From Candidatus Woesearchaeota archaeon (GTDB taxonomy: Archaea > Nanobdellota > Nanobdellia > Woesearchaeales > ARS49), in contig JAWADY010000003.1 of NCBI GenBank assembly GCA_038891615.1, positions 70,977-134,976 of the forward strand: DNA of 64,000 bases, written 5' to 3'. Every line of letters starts with the position of its first letter. The stretch's first letter is position 1. The translations under genes and the position numbers were made by a program. Shown piece by piece: positions 10,974 through 21,588 of this stretch. The notes beneath the pieces were generated by a model. The model was not told the origin of the DNA, searched no databases, and worked only from the letters and a program-made list of their open reading frames with translations.

Positions 10974-11316
10974 GCTTTCTGGACTAACGGAACAAATAAG
11001 GCTAGTTTTAGCAGAAATAGTTTTAATTTTTATTGCAGGGCTTGTTTACATGAATTTCTTTGCTGCGGTTAAGTTGGCTTTTGCATTTACATTTCTGTTT
11101 TCTCTTCCAATGGCATTGTTGATTACGCTACTTAAAGGTCTTAATTTTATTGAAAAATTTGTTTTAGCAAATCTTTTTGGAGCTGCTATTTTAGGAATAA
11201 TCTATTTTCTTTTTGATGTTATTTTTAATATTCCACTCACTACATTTGTTTTTATAGGCACATCTGTTGTCTTCATTGCAGCATCAATACTTCTTTATGC
11301 AATAAAAAAGTCATAA
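10963..11316 (+). CDS. Small 4-TM membrane protein
   Basis: Hydrophobic ORF overlapping the upstream stop. Confidence 0.65.
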   Translation: MALKLSGLTEQIRLVLAEIVLIFIAGLVYMNFFAAVKLAFAFTFLFSLPMALLITLLKGLNFIEKFVLANLFGAAILGIIYFLFDVIFNIPLTTFVFIGTSVVFIAASILLYAIKKS

Positions 11317-11355
11317 TTCACAACCTTTATAAAAATTCCATTGCCAGCTTGTTGA

Positions 11356-12636
11356 ATGCAAAAATTGAAAGTATTGCTTGTGGCAGAGCACTTCTGGCCT
11401 ACGGTTGTTGGGGGTGGTGAGATAAGCTCTTTTTTGCTAGCTAAAGGATTAACCAAAAAGGGAATTGATGTTAGCGTGCTAACTTCGCGTTCAAACGAAG
11501 AGAAAAAAATAGAAGTTATTGGTAATGTAAAAATTTACAGGGTTGTTAAAAGTGGAAACACAAACACCCTTGCTGGAAACCTCACAAGATTATCTTTCAA
11601 AGCCGAACTTGATAAGGCTCTCGAACACCATCTTTCAAGAAACGAAATTGATATCGTTCACGCTATGAGTGCAATGTGCATCCCCTCTGTCGCAAAATTG
11701 CAAAGCGTCACAAAAATTTGTCATGTAAACAGTCCGGTTGCGTTCTGTCCGAAAGGAAATCTAATAAGATACAGTAAAGAATGCCAATTAAAATGTACTC
11801 CATCTTATTTTCTGCCATGCCTCATGACTTCTGAAGAAATTGGTAGGATGAAAAACATGGTGTGGATCAGATTCAATCCAATAGTTTGGAAAATAATTTG
11901 GGATAGATGGAAAGCAATACGTAATGCGCTACCAAAATTTGATCATTATACTCCAATCTCAACTTTCATGCGCGATTGGCTACTTTGTTATGGCATAAGC
12001 AGTGAAAAAATAACAGTGCTACCAAACATCGTTGAAATAGAAAGATTCTCAAATTTAAAGCAAATGAAAAACAAAGTCCCAAAGATACTCTATATAGGAG
12101 CCTATCTCAGATCAAAAGGGGTGCATGTGCTCCTTCAGGCTTTGAAAAATATCCAACTTCATTATGAGGCAAGTTTTTATGGAAGTGGAAACTTGAAAGA
12201 ATGGATGCAGAATTTTGTTGAAGAGAATAAAATGCCAGTGAGAATAAATAATGAATGTGATTATTCAGATTTGCCACGGGTTTATTCAGAACACGACATT
12301 GTTGTCTTTCCGTCACTTGTGCCTGAAGGTCTTGGAAGAGTCGCACTTGAGGCTGCAGCCGCTGGAAAGGCTATTGTTGCTTCAAGGGTTGGCGGGATTG
12401 TTGATGTTGTTGAAAATGGTAAAACAGGACTGCTTGTTGAAGCAGGAAATGTTGAAGAGTTAAGTCGAGCAATTAACCTTTTACTCTCAAACAAATCGCT
12501 TTGCGCAAAATTTGGAAAGGCTGGACTTGCAAAGGCAAAGCGTGAATATTCAGAAAAAGCAGTTGTTGGCAAAGCAATTAAAATTTATAAAAAGGTTAAA
12601 AATGAAAGTCTTAATGCTAGGAATATACGACTTTGA
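11356..12636 (+). CDS. GT4 glycosyltransferase
   Basis: GGGE and EGLGRVALEA motifs. Confidence 0.9.
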   Translation: MQKLKVLLVAEHFWPTVVGGGEISSFLLAKGLTKKGIDVSVLTSRSNEEKKIEVIGNVKIYRVVKSGNTNTLAGNLTRLSFKAELDKALEHHLSRNEIDIVHAMSAMCIPSVAKLQSVTKICHVNSPVAFCPKGNLIRYSKECQLKCTPSYFLPCLMTSEEIGRMKNMVWIRFNPIVWKIIWDRWKAIRNALPKFDHYTPISTFMRDWLLCYGISSEKITVLPNIVEIERFSNLKQMKNKVPKILYIGAYLRSKGVHVLLQALKNIQLHYEASFYGSGNLKEWMQNFVEENKMPVRINNECDYSDLPRVYSEHDIVVFPSLVPEGLGRVALEAAAAGKAIVASRVGGIVDVVENGKTGLLVEAGNVEELSRAINLLLSNKSLCAKFGKAGLAKAKREYSEKAVVGKAIKIYKKVKNESLNARNIRL

Positions 12637-13654
12637 AAAATACCCAAGAGGTAGAGTGCTCTATAAAGGGCTAAAGAAAAATGGTATCTTAGTGGACCTT
12701 TTTCTTCCAAAAGGTCCTGGTTTATTAAAATATGCAAAAATAGCAAGGCGAATTTTAAGCATTGACTATGATTACCTACTTGTTACTGGAAAAATCTCCT
12801 TGATGATTGCTGTTCTCCTCAAGCCAATTCACAGAAAACCTATTATTTTTGATGCCTTTATTTCTGATTACGACACACTGGTTATTGATAGAAAACTTGT
12901 TAGAAAAGGTTCGATAAAAGCACAATTTCTCTGGTGGGGAGACAAATTGAGTTGCACACTTGCTGACCTAGTAATACTAGACACGCAGGAACACATTGAT
13001 TATTTTGTCAGCGAGTTTGGTCTGCCAAAGGAAAAATTCAAAGCCATTTTGATTGGTGCAGATGATGACATCTTTGTACCAATGAAAAGAATGCAAAAAA
13101 GCAAAAAGTTTGTTGTTCTTTTCCATGGAACATTCATTCCACTTCAAGGAATCGAGCACATAATAAAAGCTGCAAAACTTCTTGAAAAAGATGAGGATAT
13201 CCTTTTTGAGCTTGTCGGTGATGGACAAACCTTCTCAGCAGCAAGAGCATTGGCAAATGAATTAAAGGTAAAAAATGTTGTTTTTAGAGGAATGATGCAA
13301 ATCCAAGAAATCCCAAAAAGAATTTCAAATGCAGATGTTTGTTTAGGAATTTTTGGAACAACTCCAAAAGCATATAGGGTCATTCCGAATAAGTTTTACG
13401 AAGCAATCGCGATGGGAAAGCCAGTTATAACTGCAGACACGCCAGCAATTCGTAGGATTTTTAAGAATGGTGAAAACTGTCTGCTGTGTGAGGCTGGAAG
13501 TGCACATTCCCTTGCCAAAGCAGTGGTTTTGCTTAAAAAAAATCCTTTATTAAGAAAAAAGATTGCAAACGCAGCCATAGCAAAATTTAAAAAAGAATGT
13601 AGTCCAAAAGTCATTGGACAAAACTTAATAAATTGTATTAAGGAGATGATTTAA
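12602..13654 (+). CDS. GT4 glycosyltransferase
   Basis: MKVLMLG start; IPNKFYEAIAMGKPVIT motif. Confidence 0.85.
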   Translation: MKVLMLGIYDFEKYPRGRVLYKGLKKNGILVDLFLPKGPGLLKYAKIARRILSIDYDYLLVTGKISLMIAVLLKPIHRKPIIFDAFISDYDTLVIDRKLVRKGSIKAQFLWWGDKLSCTLADLVILDTQEHIDYFVSEFGLPKEKFKAILIGADDDIFVPMKRMQKSKKFVVLFHGTFIPLQGIEHIIKAAKLLEKDEDILFELVGDGQTFSAARALANELKVKNVVFRGMMQIQEIPKRISNADVCLGIFGTTPKAYRVIPNKFYEAIAMGKPVITADTPAIRRIFKNGENCLLCEAGSAHSLAKAVVLLKKNPLLRKKIANAAIAKFKKECSPKVIGQNLINCIKEMI

Positions 13655-14770
13655 ATTAGATATAAAGTTTTAGTTATAGGCGGGGCAGGATTTATAGGCT
13701 CTTTTCTTGTCGACGAATTAATAAAGCAAGGCCATGATGTGACGATTTTTGATAACCTCGAACCACAAGTTCATAATGGAAAAATTCCATCCTATTTAAA
13801 TAAAGAAGCAAAGTTTATTCAAGGTGATGTAAAAGATTATGAGGCGTTAAAAAAAGCTGTGACGGATATGGATGTAATTTTTCACCAGGCAGCTTCTGTT
13901 GGTGTAGGCCAGAGCATGTATCAAATAAAAAAATATGTTGAAAACAATTCGCTTGGTACTGCAAACCTTCTTGACATTTTGGTAAATGCAAAGCATTCTG
14001 TAAAAAAACTTTTAGTTGCGTCATCAATGTCAATTTATGGGGAGGGGAGCTATTTGTGTGAAAATTGCGGAAATGTGAATCCAACTCTGAGGACTTCAGA
14101 ACAACTTGCAAACAAAGATTGGGAATTGCATTGCCCAAGATGTTCATCAATCTTAAAAGCAATTCCAACAACTGAAAGAAAACCTTTGGAGTGTAATAGC
14201 ATTTATGCTATAACAAAAAGGGACCAAGAAGAAATGGTTTTAAACATTGGAAAAGCTTACGGGATACCAACTGTTGCATTGAGATACTTTAATGTTTTTG
14301 GACCAAGACAAAGCTTGAGCAATCCGTATACTGGTGTTATGGCAATATTCTTAAGCAGAATAAAAAATGATAGACCTCCATTAATTTTTGAGGATGGAAA
14401 ACAAAGTAGAGATTTTGTGTCGGTGCATGACATTGTTCAAGCAAATATTCTTGCAATGAAACAAAGGGCAGCTGATTTTAATGTTTTTAATGTTGGGACT
14501 GGGAATCCTGTAACAATTAAGGATGTCGCTGAAAAGCTAATTGCCCTTTGTGGCAAAAAATTAGTTCCAGAAATAACCCAGTTATTTAGGAAAGGAGATA
14601 TTAGGCACTGTTTTGCCGATATTACCAAAATAAAAGAAAAACTTGGGTTTGAGCCAAAGACAAATTTAGAAAATGGGCTGGTTGAGCTCGTCCAATGGTC
14701 GGCAGATGTTGAAGCAGAAGACAAAGTTGGTCAAGCAACGGCAGAATTAAAGACAAAAGGGCTTATTTGA
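13655..14770 (+). CDS. NAD-dependent nucleotide-sugar epimerase/dehydratase (extended SDR); apparent ATT start
   Basis: In-frame KVLVIGGAGFIGS lies upstream of the ORF-track GTG; YAITK catalytic motif; RYFNVFGPRQ. Confidence 0.85.
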   Translation: MRYKVLVIGGAGFIGSFLVDELIKQGHDVTIFDNLEPQVHNGKIPSYLNKEAKFIQGDVKDYEALKKAVTDMDVIFHQAASVGVGQSMYQIKKYVENNSLGTANLLDILVNAKHSVKKLLVASSMSIYGEGSYLCENCGNVNPTLRTSEQLANKDWELHCPRCSSILKAIPTTERKPLECNSIYAITKRDQEEMVLNIGKAYGIPTVALRYFNVFGPRQSLSNPYTGVMAIFLSRIKNDRPPLIFEDGKQSRDFVSVHDIVQANILAMKQRAADFNVFNVGTGNPVTIKDVAEKLIALCGKKLVPEITQLFRKGDIRHCFADITKIKEKLGFEPKTNLENGLVELVQWSADVEAEDKVGQATAELKTKGLI

Positions 14771-14906
14771 ACAAATTGCAAGAGGGCTGCATTTGAGATT
14801 CTTAAAACAGATTATCTTTAAGAAGAACAAACGATTAAAATCATGATGCGAAGTCTTGAGCTTTTTAATTCACAAACTTTAAAAATAAAATGATGATGTT
14901 TTTTTT

Positions 14907-15881
14907 ATGAAGGTTTTAATCGTCGATAACAATGGGTGTTCTTTTCCAGATATTGGTTACCAAATTAAGCACACATTGGAAAAAGCAAGCCATGAAACAA
15001 GAACATTTAACTATCGCTTTTTAAAATTAAACAAATTTTTTTTAACAAATAGATTGTTAAACACTTTACTTATTAAATTTGCTCGTATTTGGCGTCCAGA
15101 TCTGCTTTTGGTGATTAAAGGTGAGTCCCTTATTCCTGGAACGATATCAAAAATATCCGGCGAATCAATCACAACAGCAGCTTGGAATCCTGATGAGCCT
15201 TTTGGAGCTGTTCTCCCATTTAATAGAATTCGTAATCTCACTGAATATGATTACTATTTCATTTATGATGAAAGATATGCTAAGCAGTTAAAAGAAATTA
15301 ATCCAAATTCTTATTATCTTCCTTTCGGGCCAGATGTTGATGTTCATAGGGAGCAGATTCCTCTTTGGATGAGGAGCTATAAATATGATATTTCTTTTGT
15401 AGGGACAGCTTATTCAAACAGGCAATATTTGCTTGAACAAATATCAAAAAAGCATTCTAGCCTTGCGATTTATGGTCATGGTTGGTCGCAAGCAAGCAAA
15501 CAGCTCAAAAAATTTGTAAACAAAAAAGTTCCAATGGGGCCTGCTCTTGCTTATGTTTTTAACGAGTCAAAGATAAACCTGAATATTTATGGTCCTTCAC
15601 AAAAGTTTGTAGTCCCAAATCCAAGAACTTTCGAGATTCCTGCTAGCAGAAATTTTCAGCTAGCAACTTACCATAAATCCATAACACGCCATTTTAAACC
15701 CGGCAAAGAGATTGTTTTATATCGAAATGAAGATGAACTTTTTGAACTCATTGATTGGTATCTTGACAATGATGAAGAAAGAGAAAAAGTTGCCCAGGCA
15801 GGCTATGATAGGGTTTTGAAAGAGCACACAATGAGGCATCGCTTACAAAGGATGTTTAAAATAATGAACATGAAATTGTGA
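14907..15881 (+). CDS. CgeB-like glycosyltransferase (GT-B fold)
   Basis: DISFVGT, SKINLN, NPRTFEI and EHTMRHR motifs. Confidence 0.8.
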   Translation: MKVLIVDNNGCSFPDIGYQIKHTLEKASHETRTFNYRFLKLNKFFLTNRLLNTLLIKFARIWRPDLLLVIKGESLIPGTISKISGESITTAAWNPDEPFGAVLPFNRIRNLTEYDYYFIYDERYAKQLKEINPNSYYLPFGPDVDVHREQIPLWMRSYKYDISFVGTAYSNRQYLLEQISKKHSSLAIYGHGWSQASKQLKKFVNKKVPMGPALAYVFNESKINLNIYGPSQKFVVPNPRTFEIPASRNFQLATYHKSITRHFKPGKEIVLYRNEDELFELIDWYLDNDEEREKVAQAGYDRVLKEHTMRHRLQRMFKIMNMKL

Positions 15882-16975
15882 ACATGCGAATTGCCATTTT
15901 GGTGGACTCGCTCCTTCAGAAAGGTGGAGTGGAAAGAGTGCTTTTACAGCAGCTTATGGCTTTTAAAGGTCATACTGTTGATATAATTGCTGGTAGATAT
16001 GATTCTCAGTCAACATTTAAAGAATTTCAATCTGCGAATATTTTTTCTTTAATAAAAAACAAAGAGCCAGGTCCAATGGCTAGGTTGCAATTAGAGCTTG
16101 CATTTCAAAAACTTCGTTTAAAGGGATACGATCTGTATATCCTTCATGGAGGTTCATCACTGAGAGCTGCAAGAGCCCATCGACCAAATATTTGGTATTG
16201 TCATGCGCCTATGCGTTGGGTTTACGACCTCTTTGGTGAAGAACTTTCAAAAAGAAAAGGTATAAACAAAATATTTTATTCTCTTGCCTGCAAATGGCTT
16301 CGCACAAGGGATTTACAATCAATCAAAAATATAGACATAATCATTTCTAACTCCAAATTCACGGCTGCGCGAGTCAAGCAGTACTTTCAAAGAGATTCTT
16401 TTGTTATTTATCCAGCTGTCGACATCGAAAAGTTTAGGTGGCGAAAAAACAAAGGCTATTATCTTTCAACAGCGAGACTTGATCCCATAAAAAGGGTTCA
16501 TTTAGCTGTCCAAGCTTTTCAACGTATGCCAGAGAAGAGGCTCATAGTCATGAGTCATGGCAGAGAAGAGGAAAGAATCAAAAAAATGTGTTTGGGCTAT
16601 CCGAACATAACTTTTTTAGGTGAGCAGGACGAGACAGAAATGAGAAAATTACTCAGTCAGTCAATTGCTACGCTTTATCTTTCCCACAAAGAAGATTTTG
16701 GGATAACACCAGTCGAAAGCTTGGCTGCCGGTAAGCCGTGTATAGTCTCGAATGAAGGAGGCCTTACCGAAACAATAATTGATAAAAAAACTGGTTTGTT
16801 GATTGAGCCTACTCAAATAGAAAATATTATTCGAGCTGTTAATTGGCTAACTCCTGAACGTGCTGAATGCATGCGTGCACTTTGTCAAAGACGCGCAAAA
16901 TTATTTTCTCTAAAAACTTTTATCAAAAAAATGAAAGCAGTGGTTTCTAGACTCACAAACGTCGAAGAAATTTGA
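15878..16975 (+). CDS. GT4 glycosyltransferase (WbaZ-like)
   Basis: GGVERV, YCHAPMR and EDFGITPVES motifs. Confidence 0.88.
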   Translation: MNMRIAILVDSLLQKGGVERVLLQQLMAFKGHTVDIIAGRYDSQSTFKEFQSANIFSLIKNKEPGPMARLQLELAFQKLRLKGYDLYILHGGSSLRAARAHRPNIWYCHAPMRWVYDLFGEELSKRKGINKIFYSLACKWLRTRDLQSIKNIDIIISNSKFTAARVKQYFQRDSFVIYPAVDIEKFRWRKNKGYYLSTARLDPIKRVHLAVQAFQRMPEKRLIVMSHGREEERIKKMCLGYPNITFLGEQDETEMRKLLSQSIATLYLSHKEDFGITPVESLAAGKPCIVSNEGGLTETIIDKKTGLLIEPTQIENIIRAVNWLTPERAECMRALCQRRAKLFSLKTFIKKMKAVVSRLTNVEEI

Positions 16976-17047
16976 AAGGTATAACACAAATAAATATAAA
17001 TTTAAATGACTTCATGAAATCCAAGCAAATGCCTCCTCTAAAAGGAC

Positions 17048-18259
17048 TTAAATGGATTTGTTTCTCTCAAGTAAGTTGATGTGTATTTGGCTGTCTTTTT
17101 CATTTTCGTATATTTTTTCAATAAAATATAACAGTTTTTTTGCATAGATTGAGTAATCAAGCGTTCTTGCTCTTGCAAATGCTTTTTCTGCCATTTGCTT
17201 TCTAATAGAAGGATTTTTCAGCAGATATTCAATGCATTCCCTTAACTCTTTTGTGTCGCCCCTTCTAAATATCAGTCCTTCTTTGCCATGCCTGATATAC
17301 TCTTCTATGCCTTCGATGTCGCTTGTTACTATTGGGGTGCCTGCGGCCATGGCTTCGAGTAGAGCATTTGGGAATCCTTCGTGAAGGGAGCAGGAGACGA
17401 ATATGTCTGCTGTCTTATAGTAATCTTTCATCCTGCTCCAAGGGACTCGGCCAACTGAAATTATTCTTTCTTTACACCATTCTGGGACATTCCATTCAAA
17501 TTTATCTCCAACATGAATCAGCTTAAGCTCCTTAAATTTTGCAAAAAGCTCTGGTAAAATTTGTTCAAGGTAAATAACTCCTTTTCTGATTCTTTCTTTG
17601 TTACCTGCAGAAACAAATAATAATTTTATTCCTTTGATTGGTAATTTTTTGTTTTGTTGCAACTCATTAAACTTAACGCCAGAACATGGCACAAAGAAAG
17701 GAGCAAGAATCTTACCATAATTAGCAAATATCAGTTTTTGTGTTTTTCGCGAAGGGAAAAGAAATGCTGCAGCGTTTTTCACACATAGTGCTTCTAGTCG
17801 TGCCTGGATTATTGCGTAGTGAATTTTTCGCGCAAATCGTGAGACTAATGAAGAATAGTTTTTTGCAATTTTCATATTTCGTAAAAAAACTTGCGCAGGC
17901 TGATTTATTCGCAAAACATATCTTTGCTTCAATACGCCCAACGCTCCAAGAGCATTTGCAATGATTATGTCTCCCGCAAGAGCAGGATTTTTTTTGAAGT
18001 ATCTGCTTACATGCCAGCCGAGAATTATATAGCTTAGGTTCTGGCCTATAAAAGGAATTTTTGGAGCAAAACAATCAAAACGATATATTTCTGCATAATG
18101 CTTTTTTTCAAATGAAGGCACTTTTTTAGAAGTTCTTCCACATAGAATTATAACCTTGTATCCTTTTTTTGATGCATATTTTGCAAACTCTTCAAAGAAG
18201 CCAGCGTATGAACCGCTATTTTCATTAAATACCTTGCATATTAAATATATTTTTTTCAT
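17048..18259 (-). CDS. GT4 glycosyltransferase
   Basis: EGFPNALLEAMAAGTP motif; start placed at MKKIYLI. Confidence 0.85.
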   Translation of the reverse strand: MKKIYLICKVFNENSGSYAGFFEEFAKYASKKGYKVIILCGRTSKKVPSFEKKHYAEIYRFDCFAPKIPFIGQNLSYIILGWHVSRYFKKNPALAGDIIIANALGALGVLKQRYVLRINQPAQVFLRNMKIAKNYSSLVSRFARKIHYAIIQARLEALCVKNAAAFLFPSRKTQKLIFANYGKILAPFFVPCSGVKFNELQQNKKLPIKGIKLLFVSAGNKERIRKGVIYLEQILPELFAKFKELKLIHVGDKFEWNVPEWCKERIISVGRVPWSRMKDYYKTADIFVSCSLHEGFPNALLEAMAAGTPIVTSDIEGIEEYIRHGKEGLIFRRGDTKELRECIEYLLKNPSIRKQMAEKAFARARTLDYSIYAKKLLYFIEKIYENEKDSQIHINLLERNKSI

Positions 18260-18266
18260 AGTTAAC

Positions 18267-18902
18267 TTATATTTTATCTTTTTCCGCAAGAGCCCAAATC
18301 TTGTCACCCGCAGGATTATAGCACCATTTTTTTAATTTGAAGCCATTCTCAGAGAATATCTTTTCTAAGCTTTTTATTGTGTAATACCACTGGTAGACTG
18401 GAGCGCCGTTTAATCTTCGCCAAAGGTTTTTAATCAAAAATATTGAGAGCCATTTTGGCGATTGCCAATCAAGCCTAGGTACAAAACACAGTATCTTTCC
18501 TTTAGGTTTTAAAACCCTTCGCGCTTCGTGCAAGATTTTGTTTTGTTCATCTAGTGTAAAATGCTCAAGGGTTCCAATGTCGAGCCATGCATCAAAATAT
18601 TCTGGAGGATATTTTGTATCCCTTATGTCTCTTTTTTCAATAGTCATTCTAAGTTCTTTTTTAGCTTTCTTTATCATTTTCTCATCTGTATCAAACCCTC
18701 TTACTTTTGTGTAGCCGCTATCTTTCAGAACTTTTAAAATCCTGCCGAAGCTTGCTCCTGCTTCAACAATTTTTGCATTTTTTGGAATAAACTTTTTGAT
18801 AAATGGTAGCAATGCAGTCTTTGCGTCTTCAATCCATTCTGTTGTTGATTTTTGGCTAAAGTGATCTGCCCAGGAGTGCATTTTATATTGCTTGAGCATC
18901 AT
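18267..18902 (-). CDS. Class I SAM-dependent methyltransferase
   Basis: VEAGASFG, GTLEHF and RVLKPKG motifs. Confidence 0.8.
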   Translation of the reverse strand: MMLKQYKMHSWADHFSQKSTTEWIEDAKTALLPFIKKFIPKNAKIVEAGASFGRILKVLKDSGYTKVRGFDTDEKMIKKAKKELRMTIEKRDIRDTKYPPEYFDAWLDIGTLEHFTLDEQNKILHEARRVLKPKGKILCFVPRLDWQSPKWLSIFLIKNLWRRLNGAPVYQWYYTIKSLEKIFSENGFKLKKWCYNPAGDKIWALAEKDKI

Positions 18903-18903
18903 T

Positions 18904-20382
18904 TTAAATAGCAGACTTTATGATGTTTTTAATCTCTTTTAAACTTGTTGTTTTTAGTGTTATGAGAAACAAAAGGTAAATGAGTGAAGCTACTACTATT
19001 GTGATTGGTATTTCAATAAGTACATTGATAATAAGTAATTTTTTTAGCACAAATAATGTACCTACAAATGCTGCACTTGCAACAATAACTTTGGCATAAT
19101 CAAAAAGTGGAATTTTATTTTCAACAAACCTGTTTAGTATTGTCGTTGAAAGTGCCGCGTTGATAAGTCCTGTTGTTAGTGCAGTGATGGATGCTCCAAC
19201 TATGCCAAGAAGAGGAATAAGCAGTAGGTTCAGCAAAACACTAAGAGCCGCAATTGAAAGACTTATTGCAGTCTGGATTTTTGGCTTGTTTATTGCTAGC
19301 AAAAGTCTTCCATTTATTAAAGCAATGCTCCCAAATATTGTACCAACAGACAGTAGGCGCACAGGAATTGCTGCAGGCAAATACTTTTCGCCAAAGAAGA
19401 GATTGATTATTACTTCTGGGAATGCAAATAGTGAAAGCGCAAGAGGCGACAAGATGATAAAAGTCCATTTTTGAAGTTTTGTTATGCTTTCTCTGAGCCT
19501 TTTGTCAGCAAGTGCATAGAGTTCAGAAGCCATAGGCAGAATAACTGGCGAGACGGCTTTTCCTATATATCCAATTAGGTTTGCTATTGGTATAGCAACA
19601 TTGTAATAGCCCACGTCCGATAATGGCCTAAAGTATGTTAATATGATTGTGTCAGCATATCCTAGAATAGCACTTCCCATAAGTCCGACAATCACTGTCA
19701 AACCAAAATATAGCAGTTTTTTAAATAAGTGCCAGTCAAATGATGCTGGAATGACAAAGAATTTTGGAAATGTTTTAAGAAGAAAAATCATAAAGACAAC
19801 TGGCACGAGTGCGAAGGAGATCAAATTGGCATAGGCTGGAGCCATGGTCTTTAAACCAAGTCTAAAAAATAAATAGGTTGTAACAAAAATAGCTGCATTT
19901 CCGAATAAGTCAATAAGTGCTGACAAAACAGGCTTCTTAAAGCTAACAAACAGAGCCGCAAAAAATGTCTCAAAAGTTGAAAGAAGAAATGAAATTGCAA
20001 GAACAATGATAATTCCTGCTGCGGCTTCGTTTTTGAAATAATTCTTGCCTAACCAGTTAGATAAGATAATTGCTACAGTTGTGAAAAGGCTAAGAATTAA
20101 TGCTTGCACAAGAAAGAGATATACAAGCGAATTTTTTGCACTTTTAAAGTCGCCTTTTGTTCTGAATTCAGCAACATATCTTGAAACTGAAACATTTAAT
20201 CCAAGTGCTTTGAAGCCCATGAAAAAGCTGAGAAATGAGAAGACTGCAAAAAAAAGCCCATACTCTGATGGACTCAGATTTCTTGCTAGCAAGATTCTGA
20301 ATAGATAACCGACAAATGCGGACGCAATAAGGATGATAAAAACTAACCAAGTTCCCCGCACAAAATATCTCGTGTAATTCAT
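18904..20382 (-). CDS. Wzx/AglR-type oligosaccharide flippase (MOP superfamily)
   Basis: LARNLSPSEYG, DTIIL…VGYYNVA and LIPLLGIVGA; about 14 TMs. Confidence 0.88.
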   Translation of the reverse strand: MNYTRYFVRGTWLVFIILIASAFVGYLFRILLARNLSPSEYGLFFAVFSFLSFFMGFKALGLNVSVSRYVAEFRTKGDFKSAKNSLVYLFLVQALILSLFTTVAIILSNWLGKNYFKNEAAAGIIIVLAISFLLSTFETFFAALFVSFKKPVLSALIDLFGNAAIFVTTYLFFRLGLKTMAPAYANLISFALVPVVFMIFLLKTFPKFFVIPASFDWHLFKKLLYFGLTVIVGLMGSAILGYADTIILTYFRPLSDVGYYNVAIPIANLIGYIGKAVSPVILPMASELYALADKRLRESITKLQKWTFIILSPLALSLFAFPEVIINLFFGEKYLPAAIPVRLLSVGTIFGSIALINGRLLLAINKPKIQTAISLSIAALSVLLNLLLIPLLGIVGASITALTTGLINAALSTTILNRFVENKIPLFDYAKVIVASAAFVGTLFVLKKLLIINVLIEIPITIVVASLIYLLFLITLKTTSLKEIKNIIKSAI

Positions 20383-20580
20383 GCCGACCCTATACAGAAG
20401 AGCCCATTATAAAGCTTGTGAACTCTATAACTAATGTAACTATAGCAGTCTTTCTCAAGCCATTAAAGCTCATCTAATTTTCCACATTGTAGCTGTCTTC
20501 AGCAATTTCTTAGGCCGTTGCTCTTAGCCTTATAACAATAATTAATATCAGCTAACATAACTTTTTAGTTCTCATGCAGT

Positions 20581-21209
20581 TCATAATTTTCGCATAATTG
20601 CTATGATGGATTCTCCGAATAGAAAATGGAAAATTTTATTAATCTTATCACTTAGATATGTCCTTAACAGAGGAATCCAAGCGCCTTCTGTTGTTAGTTC
20701 TTCGATATTAAATCCATACCATTTTGAAAGCAATTTTATTTCGTTTAATGTAACTTGATTTATGTGCTCTTCAGGTGCACCAGCCTTTGCAGACAATGGA
20801 AATCTCCTAAATTTCCCATAGAGCAAGAAATATATGCGCTCATATAGCGATTGTAGATTTGGTGTACTCAAGAAAAAAATCCTCCTTTTTTCAACATTTT
20901 ATGCACATCTCTAAAAAGTTTGTGAGGATTTTCAATGTGCTCTATGATTTCTGTGCAAATAACAACATCAAACTTGTTTCTAAAGCGTGGAACATCTTTG
21001 TTTATGTCAAATTCGATAAACTTTATTCTTTTTTCAACAATGCGCGGCTTTACAACATCCATTGCGCAAACATTAAAGCCGTACTTTAGCGCTATTTTTG
21101 TGTGGCGAAAAGTGGGTCCACAACCTAAATCCAAAAGTAAACCTCCCCCAATTCTTTTACAAAAATTCTCAACATGTTCCATAATTTTTAAATCGGTATG
21201 TGAGGTCAT
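20581..21209 (-). pseudogene. SAM-dependent methyltransferase split by a frameshift in a T7 run
   Basis: 5' part LDLGCG…EIIEHIENP…LKKGGFF continues as LSTPN in the -1 frame; one extra T restores GGFFFLSTPN. Confidence 0.75.
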
Positions 21210-21296
21210 GCGAACCTACCCCTCATCTGTCAAGACTGCTGTTTTTTGCTTCGAAAGCAAAAGAAGATTTAAATAGTTTGTGATTTACACGGGCTT

Positions 21297-21581
21297 ATGC
21301 CAAAAGAAGGCAAGAACTTTGAGAAAGAAAGTTTTGGTTTTGCGGCATACGCAATTTTGTTATCATTGCTTTTAATCCTTATGCTCCTTCACCTTTTTAG
21401 GCTTTATCCAATCGTTGTTGACAAGTTTACTTTTTATATCATAAGCCTTGTTTTTGTTCTCTTGCTGTTGCCAATTGTTCGCTACATAAAGTTTTTTGGT
21501 CTTGTTGAGGTTAGGAAGGAGATTGAAGAATTGAGGCGCCAGCTTTTGACTGTAAAAGCGCTTGCATCAAGGGCAAGATAA
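21297..21581 (+). CDS. Small 2-TM membrane protein
   Basis: TATA-like TTTAAATA about 25 nt upstream; two TMs followed by a charged helix. Confidence 0.6.
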   Translation: MPKEGKNFEKESFGFAAYAILLSLLLILMLLHLFRLYPIVVDKFTFYIISLVFVLLLLPIVRYIKFFGLVEVRKEIEELRRQLLTVKALASRAR

Positions 21582-21588
21582 ATCTTTT

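Noticed and set aside
14771-14906. Gene remnants in glycan-cluster gaps (also 20383-20580)
   Set aside because: Only short stop-interrupted peptides with no recognisable motif
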